DNA of 35,111 nt, the filler included, from Candidatus Woesearchaeota archaeon (lineage in GTDB: Archaea; Nanobdellota; Nanobdellia; Woesearchaeales; DATGWN01), in assembly GCA_047603125.1 (NCBI GenBank). It is 2 parts of 2 records of this genome, joined end to end, with 100 filler letters (N's around TTAATTAATTAA, not from the genome) between each part and the next. Parts side by side here need not be neighbours in the genome. Positions count along the whole stretch, not along the records: positions 17,947 to 35,111 come from JBLKOU010000022.1; 1 more part is not named here. The stretch is one strand, 5' to 3'. Below the pieces are notes generated by a model that saw only the letters and a list, made by a program, of their open reading frames with translations, did no database searches and had not been told where the DNA came from. Shown in pieces: positions 26,512-35,111 of the stretch. Positions within the stretch are counted from its first letter, which is position 1. Every line of letters begins with the position of its first letter. Both the position numbers and the translations under genes were made by a program.

Positions 26512-27162
26512 TTACTTTTTGAAAGTAACAATCTGCAACGCGTTATAGCATACACTCACAAAAAACACCGCGAGTATTTGCCAGAAAAAAACAGTAATAC
26601 TTAATGACCACAAAAAAAGAAGCGAAATTAATAATAGCCACGGGTATCGAACCTTTTTTTTAAATAGAAATGCTTTCCAGTAGGTATTTATAGCCATATA
26701 CGCCGTCCACAATAACACTGCAAGAATAAACAGCGCATACTGGGCTGCATCCCCGGAAATCATTAGCGGAGACAAGAATAAGAGAGATACAAAAAAACCA
26801 ATAAAGAGCCCATATTGGACAAGAAGATACCAAATATACGGCGGGTTTTGAAATTGTGAGAATTTTATCATATCAACAACAGCATGGAGTGCAAATGCAA
26901 TAAGGCTCATATAAAATAATTGTAAAAAAATAGGAAGTAGTGACAGCGACGGCAAATCACCAATTGGCATCATCGTTTCTGAATCAATTTGAGAGGCATA
27001 CAGCTCCACATTTTGAAAAAAAACAAATAAATATTCTGTAAGTGTCTGATGAAAAAAAAATAGGTAGACAAACACAAAACTACAAATAAACAAAATATCA
27101 AGCCCAACATGCCAAAACAATTTGGCAAGAAAGGGTTTCCCTAATTTTGTGGATTGAGACAT
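26512..27162 (-). CDS. Polytopic membrane protein (about 6 TM)
   Basis: Multiple hydrophobic helices; overlaps the giant gene. Confidence 0.8.
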   Translation of the reverse strand: MSQSTKLGKPFLAKLFWHVGLDILFICSFVFVYLFFFHQTLTEYLFVFFQNVELYASQIDSETMMPIGDLPSLSLLPIFLQLFYMSLIAFALHAVVDMIKFSQFQNPPYIWYLLVQYGLFIGFFVSLLFLSPLMISGDAAQYALFILAVLLWTAYMAINTYWKAFLFKKKVRYPWLLLISLLFLWSLSITVFFWQILAVFFVSVCYNALQIVTFKK

Positions 27163-30100
27163 TTTTCATCGGCGTTCGGTTGACAAGTCTGGCCTGGCGA
27201 ACATTTTTTATAATCAGTTCCTAAAATATCAACACCATCATCTTTTGGCGACACCTGTCCACACACACAATCTGTTGCTACCGGACCTGTGCGACAAAGC
27301 TGCTTTGTTTCTTGCTCATTCAAGCAGACATATCGCGCGCCAACATCTGCAACTGAGCGCATGACACTCTCTCCACAAATGTAGAGAGGAAGCAATGCTC
27401 CACTAACAACTTGATTTTGTTGTGCAGTTACTGTTTGCTCTTCACCAGTCTGCAAATCTACAGGTGGAAGGTCACAGAAAACCGTATATGTTTTTGAGTA
27501 TTTTTGTTCTTCTCCTTGATAAATATAAACTGCAGGACTTGGTTGTGCATCTTGAATAGTGACTTGCCTATTTTGATCTTGCATTTGTGATCGATCATAG
27601 CGAGAATCATGCAAAGATACAGTAACCGTAATCTGATCCGTTTCTCTTCCTGGCGGACAAATACCACTTGCACTAAACAAGCGATCAAATAATAATACAC
27701 TTTGTTGGTCCGCTTCTGGTTCTCTTGTAATTAGAAGATTATTCTGATTTCCTTGTGTTTGTTGTCCACTTGTTCGAGGAACGGGTATGAACCAGCTATC
27801 TGCTGCGGTTTGTTCACCACTAACATGTCGGATTTGGACTTCTGTACATTGATCAAGATCTTCGTTACAATGCGTCAAAATATTCTCAACCCCAAAGTCT
27901 CTTGAACCATCGGATCTTGGTGCTCCCCGAGATGTATACAAGAATGCATGTGTATCATTTTTGATACCAATGCCCAAATATCCTCGAATGTTTAGCCGCA
28001 CATTTTGATTTGGTTCTCCTGAAGCAAAGCCTGCAAGTTGTAAATTCTGACTTCCCGGAACACCTTGCACCTCGGAGAGTCCATACTCACCTACTGATGA
28101 ATCTGCCTGTTGTCCAACACCTAATGTATAGGTTCGTGGGCCATCCGGCCAGATTGCAGGAATTTGACCAAGTAAACCTCGTGGAGTAAAGCTATCATGT
28201 AAAATAGTATTATCATGGGTAATTCTCACCCGTGCAAATTTTGGTAATTGATTTTGCGCAGGAACGCCCTCGAAATTTTGCTCTGCAAATATCGCAAACT
28301 GTAAACGATCACCAACTCGAACAGACTCTGCTGCGCCACTTGCAAGTTCAAATGATCGGCCTTGTTGGAAAAATACATCACCAAATTGATTTAATGAACC
28401 AAATGTACATTGGAATCGTAAATTAACCGTTGACCACGAACACTGCGGCGGTATTTCATCCAAACCAATACTTCGAATATAGCGCTCACTCACTTGAGGT
28501 GCACGCGATGAACCTTGAGGAGTCATTGTCAATCTCGCCCGATCAAAACGGACATCTCGAACGACACGTTCATATCTGTCAGCACGAGGATCGCCAAAGC
28601 CAAATGTTTCACCACCACGTAATGTTCCACTATCAAGAGTGAGTGTTTGTTCTTGTCCTGTATGTGCACAATCACAAATACCGCCTTCAAAACCTTCATT
28701 TGGATCACAGTCATACCCTGTTGTACACACGAGTTCTAACCGCCAGTTCAAGTCCGAACCAGCAATGACAAAAAATCCTAAATGGTACATAAAAATTGCA
28801 TCACTACTTTGTGGATCAGGGCCCATGAATCTTCTATCAGCTGGGAAAATAGTTGCTGTAGAATTAATTTGCATTCCTCCACCACGAATCGTCAACGATT
28901 CTTCAAGATCGGGTAACCAATCATACCCAAATGCAGCAAGACAAATACTATGCAAGAATTTTCGACTCGAGATAAGTGCGGTGTATGTTGCAGTATCCCC
29001 ATACCTTCCTGCAAATGATTCAGCCATACCTTGTGTACCTTGACGCAAATTTACAACACTACTCATTATAGAATCACTCCCCCGAGAACCTACTTGACCA
29101 CCCTGTTGTGATTTTGCAGCTGCACGGCCAATACATTTAATTGCATCAATAATTAAATCACATAAATACTGCGTTAAGAATGCCCGACAAGGACCGGATT
29201 GGAATTCTCCTGTAAGTAAGACCGATTTAAAACAGCTGGACACACCTTCAAATAAATTTCGAATAACAAGTAAGTAACCATGAATTGCAGGCAAACAGAC
29301 ACAAAGTAGCGCTGTTGCTAAATTATCCGTCGGATCTATTAAAATTTCTTGCACTTGATGCTGTGCTAATTGATCTGGCGCATCGCGAATCAGTTGACAA
29401 TCTAGTGCCTCCGAACCATCTCCTGAATGGAAAACCCCATATGACTGAACAGTGTCCGTTCCCGGAACATTTTGTCGACAAACACGAGAAAGTTCATTCG
29501 GCTGCATCCTCTCAAAAACTCCATTATTCTCCCTATAATAAAATCCTTCACTATCCCTCGCCCAAACTTCCTCATGTTCAGAATTTGGTGTAAAAGTAGT
29601 AAGTGCTCGTTGATTTTCAATTTTTTGACCCATTATTGGGTCCACACCCGAAACACTACGAATCTCTGAATTTTGTGCATCAAAGCGAACAGGAACTCCA
29701 TCTCTAGATTCAGGTGAAAATATAAGCTCACCTGTAGGAAGCGTTTCCACACAACCACTTCTACTTACCTTATTAGATAACCCAAAACGCCCCTCTCTAG
29801 TAATAGAAACAGGATCGGCACTCAGCTGTTTTGATGCAGGATCAATAATGCGTTTTTGCGGGTCAGCATAATCACCAGTAGCTGTTATTTGACCAAGTTG
29901 ATAGCAATCAACATCATCAGTTATCGGTGTTCTGTAATAATCATTGCCGCCACGTGATATGTAATCATCTCCTCGAGACGTATCCCTATCTGAACAAAAG
30001 CCTGATGTAATCGTATCAAAGAATGCACCAAAACCTTCTCGCTGCGAATCTGGGTTTTGCGCTTCAATGGATTGTTCAACAGGGTCATGTATTAAACATG

Positions 30101-32414
30101 CAGAATCCCATTCTCGATCATATTCAACTTGACATCCATCAGAAAAACCTGCAGCTTCCCAACCACCAACGCTTGTTGTATCAAACCAAGGATTGTCTGA
30201 ATCCCGAGAACAGGCAGAACTATACCGAGATGAAAAATCTCTTGAACTTGTTCGTATATACTCTTGCGCAGATGGGACTGCCGGACAAAAGATACGATCG
30301 CATAAATAATTTCTATACACATCTGATTGTTGTGTCTGAAATGTTGCTTGTGCACAAGCAACCGGATTTCCAGAAAGGGTACCATAAAGTGAAGTTGAAT
30401 CTGCACAAGCCTGTTTAATGAAAGGATTACGTAATAATGCTTTCTCACTTCTACAAATGTTGGCCGCACAACCAGCATCCTGACAACCGCTCACATATTG
30501 CCTAATTGCATTCATCGTCATCGGTTGTGCCATCAATGTTCCACATTGACTTGCCTGTCGTGTATACGAGACAACACCACCAAGTGTGGTTGCCATACAT
30601 GCACCAAATGTAATTAACGATGCTTGCGAAATTGGTTCAATGACTTGGTCAATTAAATCAACACCTTGATCAAGAAGATTTACTGTTGCATTCAATAAAC
30701 TATTTGGATAAAAATCAGGAGGAACACGCCGATCAAAATAAACATCTATATCTAAACATTGACGCTGTGTTGGTTGCGACTCCCAAGTATACGAACCTTC
30801 TTGTCTCACACCTTGTTGTCCTGAACGTGATTGATCTACACGTTTTTGATAATGAATTTCTACGTCCAATGGCAAGGACACGCCTTGCAATTTCTCTAAT
30901 TGTCTATATGTTTCGGTTAAATTTCCAAATCGCGATTCAGATAAACGATTCAGTGTACAAATAACCGTTGTTTGCTCGCTCCACTCATATCCACTTGTGG
31001 GAAACACAGTACAGGAATTTTCATTAATAAAATCAGAAATAGTAAAATCACTCATATCAATATATGATGTTGACTGCAAACCAATGGATGTTCCTGTTAT
31101 TGCAATATTATCAATACTTTCTCGACCTAAATATTCAACATTGAGCGTAAACATAATTTGTGCAACGCCATTAAATAAGTGTTCTGGCTGAATGATTGCA
31201 GGAAACACATCATCAGGATATATGTGAAAGTCACCCGCCGTTTGACATTGATCATAACTAATTGTACGCGTGTATTCATCACTTCTCTGATTTGCTGCAT
31301 CAACCGCAAAAAGCGTCACCTCATTTCTTCCCATCTGCTCTAATCGTGCTTCTGCTTCACTCTCATCTCTTTGCGATGTCAAATCGGGTCGCATCAAAAA
31401 CGACAGTTGTTGACGTTGCAATGTAATTGGAATTGAAAATTCACCCTGCTCATTTGTCGTTGTTGTTTGTTTGTTTTGATCTCTACGACGAATTTCATCT
31501 CGAACATTTGCACATTCAGGATCATCTAAAAATTCCCAAATCGTTTCTGCACTATGTTGCGTGTTATCTGAACATCGGTAACTTACATCAAAGTATCGAT
31601 TATTCGTATACGCTTCAACAATTATTCCTTCTTGAGCAGGTTCAACTTGACCACGCACCGTAAATCGTGGCGTGCTTACCACACGATTCGTTTCGATATT
31701 TGTTGAAGCAATTTGTGGCGGTCTACCTGTAACAAAGACCCATGTTTCATAGTGTGCACTGTTTCCTGCTTGATCCGTTACTGTAAGTGAAAGTGTATTA
31801 TTTCCTTCAACAAAACCAGGCGTAATTGTGTGATTTCCTGGCTGCCAAGTTCCATCTGCGCTATTTTGAGCAGAAGCCGTTTGCGCATTCTCAACAACAT
31901 ACTCATACTCTACTTGCTTATCAACACTAATAGTAAAATTTGTTGGGTGCGTTCCTCCTATAAAGCGAGGTGGTGAGCGAACTGTTAATTGTGGCGGCTG
32001 CGTATCTACAATTATCATATGCCTCACTGTTGACATTGATTGTTGATCGCTTGAAATTAATTCAATATAAATTTCATATTCTCCATCACCATCTGCTAAA
32101 GGAATATCACGCAATCGTAATTGTAAATCAGAAGGTGTATATGTTGAGTGTGCTTGTCCATTCACATATACTTGCGCAAATAAATCATCGGTATCAACAA
32201 CACCAAAAAGAGTTACTCGATTTGTTCGGACATAATCAGGCCACTGATCTTCAATAAGTGTTAATTCATTTGTAAGAGGAATGTTTTGATTGTTTGAATA
32301 TTCAGCAACATTGGCAAATGCCGGAAATACCAGCGTCGTCAGGCTTAAAAATAAGAGTAAGTAGGTTCTTGGTAATCTATACGCATCCGCTCTCTTAAAT
32401 CCATTCATACTCAT
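27141..32414 (-). CDS. Giant secreted/membrane Cys-rich protein with Ig-like N-terminal domains (1757 aa)
   Basis: Signal peptide (VFPAFA), DTQPPQLTV/TDQAGN Ig-like motifs, hydrophobic helices, many Cys (CDRIFCP, CVCLP). Confidence 0.85.
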   Translation of the reverse strand: MSMNGFKRADAYRLPRTYLLLFLSLTTLVFPAFANVAEYSNNQNIPLTNELTLIEDQWPDYVRTNRVTLFGVVDTDDLFAQVYVNGQAHSTYTPSDLQLRLRDIPLADGDGEYEIYIELISSDQQSMSTVRHMIIVDTQPPQLTVRSPPRFIGGTHPTNFTISVDKQVEYEYVVENAQTASAQNSADGTWQPGNHTITPGFVEGNNTLSLTVTDQAGNSAHYETWVFVTGRPPQIASTNIETNRVVSTPRFTVRGQVEPAQEGIIVEAYTNNRYFDVSYRCSDNTQHSAETIWEFLDDPECANVRDEIRRRDQNKQTTTTNEQGEFSIPITLQRQQLSFLMRPDLTSQRDESEAEARLEQMGRNEVTLFAVDAANQRSDEYTRTISYDQCQTAGDFHIYPDDVFPAIIQPEHLFNGVAQIMFTLNVEYLGRESIDNIAITGTSIGLQSTSYIDMSDFTISDFINENSCTVFPTSGYEWSEQTTVICTLNRLSESRFGNLTETYRQLEKLQGVSLPLDVEIHYQKRVDQSRSGQQGVRQEGSYTWESQPTQRQCLDIDVYFDRRVPPDFYPNSLLNATVNLLDQGVDLIDQVIEPISQASLITFGACMATTLGGVVSYTRQASQCGTLMAQPMTMNAIRQYVSGCQDAGCAANICRSEKALLRNPFIKQACADSTSLYGTLSGNPVACAQATFQTQQSDVYRNYLCDRIFCPAVPSAQEYIRTSSRDFSSRYSSACSRDSDNPWFDTTSVGGWEAAGFSDGCQVEYDREWDSACLIHDPVEQSIEAQNPDSQREGFGAFFDTITSGFCSDRDTSRGDDYISRGGNDYYRTPITDDVDCYQLGQITATGDYADPQKRIIDPASKQLSADPVSITREGRFGLSNKVSRSGCVETLPTGELIFSPESRDGVPVRFDAQNSEIRSVSGVDPIMGQKIENQRALTTFTPNSEHEEVWARDSEGFYYRENNGVFERMQPNELSRVCRQNVPGTDTVQSYGVFHSGDGSEALDCQLIRDAPDQLAQHQVQEILIDPTDNLATALLCVCLPAIHGYLLVIRNLFEGVSSCFKSVLLTGEFQSGPCRAFLTQYLCDLIIDAIKCIGRAAAKSQQGGQVGSRGSDSIMSSVVNLRQGTQGMAESFAGRYGDTATYTALISSRKFLHSICLAAFGYDWLPDLEESLTIRGGGMQINSTATIFPADRRFMGPDPQSSDAIFMYHLGFFVIAGSDLNWRLELVCTTGYDCDPNEGFEGGICDCAHTGQEQTLTLDSGTLRGGETFGFGDPRADRYERVVRDVRFDRARLTMTPQGSSRAPQVSERYIRSIGLDEIPPQCSWSTVNLRFQCTFGSLNQFGDVFFQQGRSFELASGAAESVRVGDRLQFAIFAEQNFEGVPAQNQLPKFARVRITHDNTILHDSFTPRGLLGQIPAIWPDGPRTYTLGVGQQADSSVGEYGLSEVQGVPGSQNLQLAGFASGEPNQNVRLNIRGYLGIGIKNDTHAFLYTSRGAPRSDGSRDFGVENILTHCNEDLDQCTEVQIRHVSGEQTAADSWFIPVPRTSGQQTQGNQNNLLITREPEADQQSVLLFDRLFSASGICPPGRETDQITVTVSLHDSRYDRSQMQDQNRQVTIQDAQPSPAVYIYQGEEQKYSKTYTVFCDLPPVDLQTGEEQTVTAQQNQVVSGALLPLYICGESVMRSVADVGARYVCLNEQETKQLCRTGPVATDCVCGQVSPKDDGVDILGTDYKKCSPGQTCQPNADEKCLNPQN

Positions 32415-34389
32415 GCCACTCTCTATAATCTATTTCTCGAATATCGCTTTGATTGAAAAAACCCGTATCAAGTTTTGTCCATTTTTCAATTGTTGTTCGC
32501 TCTTGCAATCCATCTGAAATGAATTGATACGCATGAATTCGTAATCGTCTATCCAATTGCTCAGGTGTTACTCGTACTTGATTAATCCATCCACCAATCC
32601 ATTCATTGTTCTCATATAAAAGCATTGTGACATTATATGTTGAACCGCGTTTTGGCAATGAAATGTTTGTATCAACAATTCTTGTCTGCTCATAATTTCT
32701 ATCTCGGCCTCTATTTTGTACCGTCACATATGTATCATAGGATGAGTATACATCTTCAATATGAATAATTGCACGTTGATTATCAGCTAAAGGCTGCGCA
32801 TTTGCTTCTTGCAAATTCATTCCCACATAAATTGAAATAGGAATCTCAACAAGTGGTGTTAAATAAAATTCACGTGTTTGCGTGCCAGTCATTGGTGCTT
32901 GCTCAATATACTGGCGACTCGGCAAATATCCTGGAGCTTCCATCGTCACATATGCACCTGCACACCCGCGAGGAATACTTGTTCGTAAATACGCATTATC
33001 CCCGGATTGTGCTTGTGTGACGCCTAAATCACAGCGACGATTATAACACTCATAATCAACTGTTGCTTCTTCTATAGGAAACTGCGTTTGTGCATCCAGT
33101 GCGATAAAATAAATTTTCCCTGCAGATGTGTCTTCGCAAAAAACGGTGTCGCGAATCATATCTGTTGGAACATTATATCCTGCTTGCGAAGACGCAGGCT
33201 GATTTGAAACAATATTTGCCGTTGTTGCAATTCGTAAAACAAAAGGTGCACCACCAAATGCCTCTGTTTGAATAAAAGCAACTTCTACAGGATAATGCAA
33301 ATCATAGGTAAAGTGATATGTTTGCATACAAAAAAATCGCAAGAAATTTCGCTCACCACGTGCCAAAGAACCATGCATTCTATTCCCTGAAGATGGCCGG
33401 ACTTGCATATCTAATCCATAGTCAGGTAAATATCGCATGGCAACTTGTAAATTATTATAATCGTATGAGTCTCGAACTTGTAAATGTTGGTATTCATAAC
33501 TATCCGCTGGCGCATCAGGCAAACCTGGTCTTCGTAAATCATCTGGTCTTGTTTGGGCAAGTCGTTCATACACACTATCAGCAGCCAAATATGTTCTATC
33601 TGTTGCTCCTTCTACACGAATATTTGGAATGGAAGCTGTCAAAATATTTTGAATATTTTGATGCACTTGTGGTTTAAACCATGTTGGTGGTGTACAACTA
33701 AACGAAATTCCTGTTACTGGAACAGCAAATTGCGGATCTTCATGATCTGCTGCCGAGATTAAATTAATAGTCATATCTTCAAAAAAATCTTGTTCACGCA
33801 AAAGCGGAAATAAGTGATTTGCAGCATTAATCATGTCTGCAAGTTGAATATCAAGGCGGGAAATAAACTGATCCTGCTCACTAACAAGAAGTTGTTCCCG
33901 TCTATTAATGCGATACTCTAAAAGAATGGTAATATCATTGTCGTTCACACTTACTTGTGCTTGCGGGCGTTCAAAGGACTCAATTGTTTCAATATGTTCA
34001 AAAGCATCAAAATTATTCAAACATGTCCCTATGTTTTGTGTAATAAACTCACCCAACCCCTCTTCAACAACTTCACGCGATAGTTCATACTCTCCATAAA
34101 TGGGCGTAACAATATTTCTGACAGGATCAAAAGACACAGAACGACTCGGATTTAACCGAATGGGATCTGGAACCGTAATCAACCCACCCTGTGTTCCTAG
34201 TAACTGCAAACCAGAGCGTGCTGTTGATTGAATACAAGCATCAATAAAAATTTCTATCGCTGTTAAGGGCTCACTTACAGGAGTCTCCCGCCAATCGTCT
34301 TGAGCGCTCGTAAAATATACATACGTAAGAACAGATAATAATACAAGAACGATGCCGACAACCATAAAAATTGCTACTTGCGCTTTCAC
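32395..34389 (-). CDS. Large pilin-like protein with class III signal peptide (664 aa)
   Basis: MKA/QVAIFMVVGIVLV; C-terminal carboxypeptidase-regulatory-like beta domain (APGY). Confidence 0.85.
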   Translation of the reverse strand: MKAQVAIFMVVGIVLVLLSVLTYVYFTSAQDDWRETPVSEPLTAIEIFIDACIQSTARSGLQLLGTQGGLITVPDPIRLNPSRSVSFDPVRNIVTPIYGEYELSREVVEEGLGEFITQNIGTCLNNFDAFEHIETIESFERPQAQVSVNDNDITILLEYRINRREQLLVSEQDQFISRLDIQLADMINAANHLFPLLREQDFFEDMTINLISAADHEDPQFAVPVTGISFSCTPPTWFKPQVHQNIQNILTASIPNIRVEGATDRTYLAADSVYERLAQTRPDDLRRPGLPDAPADSYEYQHLQVRDSYDYNNLQVAMRYLPDYGLDMQVRPSSGNRMHGSLARGERNFLRFFCMQTYHFTYDLHYPVEVAFIQTEAFGGAPFVLRIATTANIVSNQPASSQAGYNVPTDMIRDTVFCEDTSAGKIYFIALDAQTQFPIEEATVDYECYNRRCDLGVTQAQSGDNAYLRTSIPRGCAGAYVTMEAPGYLPSRQYIEQAPMTGTQTREFYLTPLVEIPISIYVGMNLQEANAQPLADNQRAIIHIEDVYSSYDTYVTVQNRGRDRNYEQTRIVDTNISLPKRGSTYNVTMLLYENNEWIGGWINQVRVTPEQLDRRLRIHAYQFISDGLQERTTIEKWTKLDTGFFNQSDIREIDYREWHEYEWI

Positions 34390-34486
34390 TCTAACCCTCT
34401 TTTAAAACTATCGCAAACTCCATTTAAAAATATTGCGAAAAAGAACACTGTTCACTTGACTAAAAAAGGAGAAAAAGAAAAAGAAC

Positions 34487-34597
34487 TCAAGAACGAGGAA
34501 TAACCAACAATGTATCGTATCGCGCAATATCCGACTCTAAATCATACGGATCCTTATGCGAACGCTCAACCACATCTTTTTTACAAATAAAGTACAC
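34487..34597 (-). CDS. Small protein absent from the ORF track (36 aa, MYFICKKDVVERSHKDPYDLESDIARYDTLLVIPRS)
   Basis: GTG start after a strong SD GAGGGGGTG; BRE/TATA-like GAAAGTATTTAAG upstream; T-rich tract after the stop. Confidence 0.6.
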   Translation of the reverse strand: MYFICKKDVVERSHKDPYDLESDIARYDTLLVIPRS

Positions 34598-34690
34598 CGT
34601 TACCACCCCCTCAACTAGTGTACTTATAGTATATGTTTTCTAGACTTAAATACTTTCACATTGCAATTTTAATAGATTTTATAAGCGTCG

Positions 34691-34984
34691 TCACTTGAAA
34701 ATTAAGTATAATAAAAATGACGTATAAATTAAGAGTAAACCTGCTGCAACTAAAACGATATCAATTGCAAAATAGCGTGTGAAAAATACGAGAACACCTG
34801 CAAAAACTAAACCAAGTCCAAGAACTGTTGCAAACAAGAGTGCGAGTAATTTAATAAAATCCTTAATAATCGCCTGTGCACGCTCACGAATGAGCTTCTC
34901 TGTCTTTTTGACTACACCACTTGCTTGCTCTTCTAATGTCGTAAATATAAATTCCGCCAATGAACTAAATAGTTTTTTGAACAT
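34691..34984 (-). CDS. Small 2-TM membrane protein (97 aa; start MFKKLF)
   Basis: Amphipathic helix followed by two TMs; TATA-like TTTATAAATA upstream. Confidence 0.8.
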   Translation of the reverse strand: MFKKLFSSLAEFIFTTLEEQASGVVKKTEKLIRERAQAIIKDFIKLLALLFATVLGLGLVFAGVLVFFTRYFAIDIVLVAAGLLLIYTSFLLYLIFK

Positions 34985-35035
34985 AGTACGTGAGCAGAAG
35001 TTAGTATTTATAAAGATTACCACTTTTTCGTGAAA

Positions 35036-35108
35036 TGAGCCCGCCCGGATTCGAACCGGGAACATCCGCCTTGTAAGGGCAGCGTTATAACCGTTAAACC
35101 ACGGGCTC
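35036..35108 (-). tRNA. tRNA-Val (TAC)
   Basis: GAGCCCG/CGGGCTC acceptor, CTGCC-CTTACAA-GGCGG anticodon arm, CCCGG-TTCGAAT-CCGGG T-arm. Confidence 0.97.
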
Positions 35109-35111
35109 CTA

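Noticed and set aside
27458..34099. Numerous 60-134 aa ORFs inside the two large genes (and similar ones elsewhere)
   Set aside because: Shadow or antisense frames of well-supported long genes, with no motifs or expression signals.
34985..35065. N-terminal extension of the 124-aa ORF
   Set aside because: Overlaps tRNA-Val; ATG 34984 has its own TATA-like element.
1..35111. Provirus, integrase, transposase or known defence operon
   Set aside because: No recognisable integrase, transposase, capsid, terminase, cas or restriction-modification motifs.

Overview
This window comes from an AT-rich DPANN archaeon, most likely Woesearchaeota or Pacearchaeota. The evidence is TATA/BRE promoters with short or leaderless 5' ends, RFC-L, a PINA-type ATPase, Lrp/AsnC regulators, intronless tRNAs without encoded CCA, and many class III signal-peptide proteins. 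It is two contigs joined by an artificial N/TTAATTAATTAA linker at 17847-17946. Recognisable genes are ppa, a HerA-like ATPase, htpX, tRNA-Phe, a Kazal lipoprotein, ssb, rfcL, a truncated BspA/DUF285-like protein, serS, two Lrp/AsnC regulators and tRNA-Val. There is also an array of about 12 pilin-like genes, and a 664-aa pilin-like protein paired with a 1757-aa Cys-rich giant protein. Three observations stand out. (1) A coupled gene pair appears to encode two dead dNTP-synthesis enzymes: a wHTH fused to a degenerate class III ribonucleotide reductase (NrdD)-like barrel, and a thymidylate synthase whose catalytic Cys is replaced by Ala, transcribed divergently from an Lrp regulator. (2) An Ile/Val-rich 21-codon leader peptide with mutually exclusive hairpins resembles a ribosome-mediated attenuator. 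(3) A modular dispersed repeat in four copies has covarying stems. All protein-family calls are by-eye motif recognition; no searches were run.
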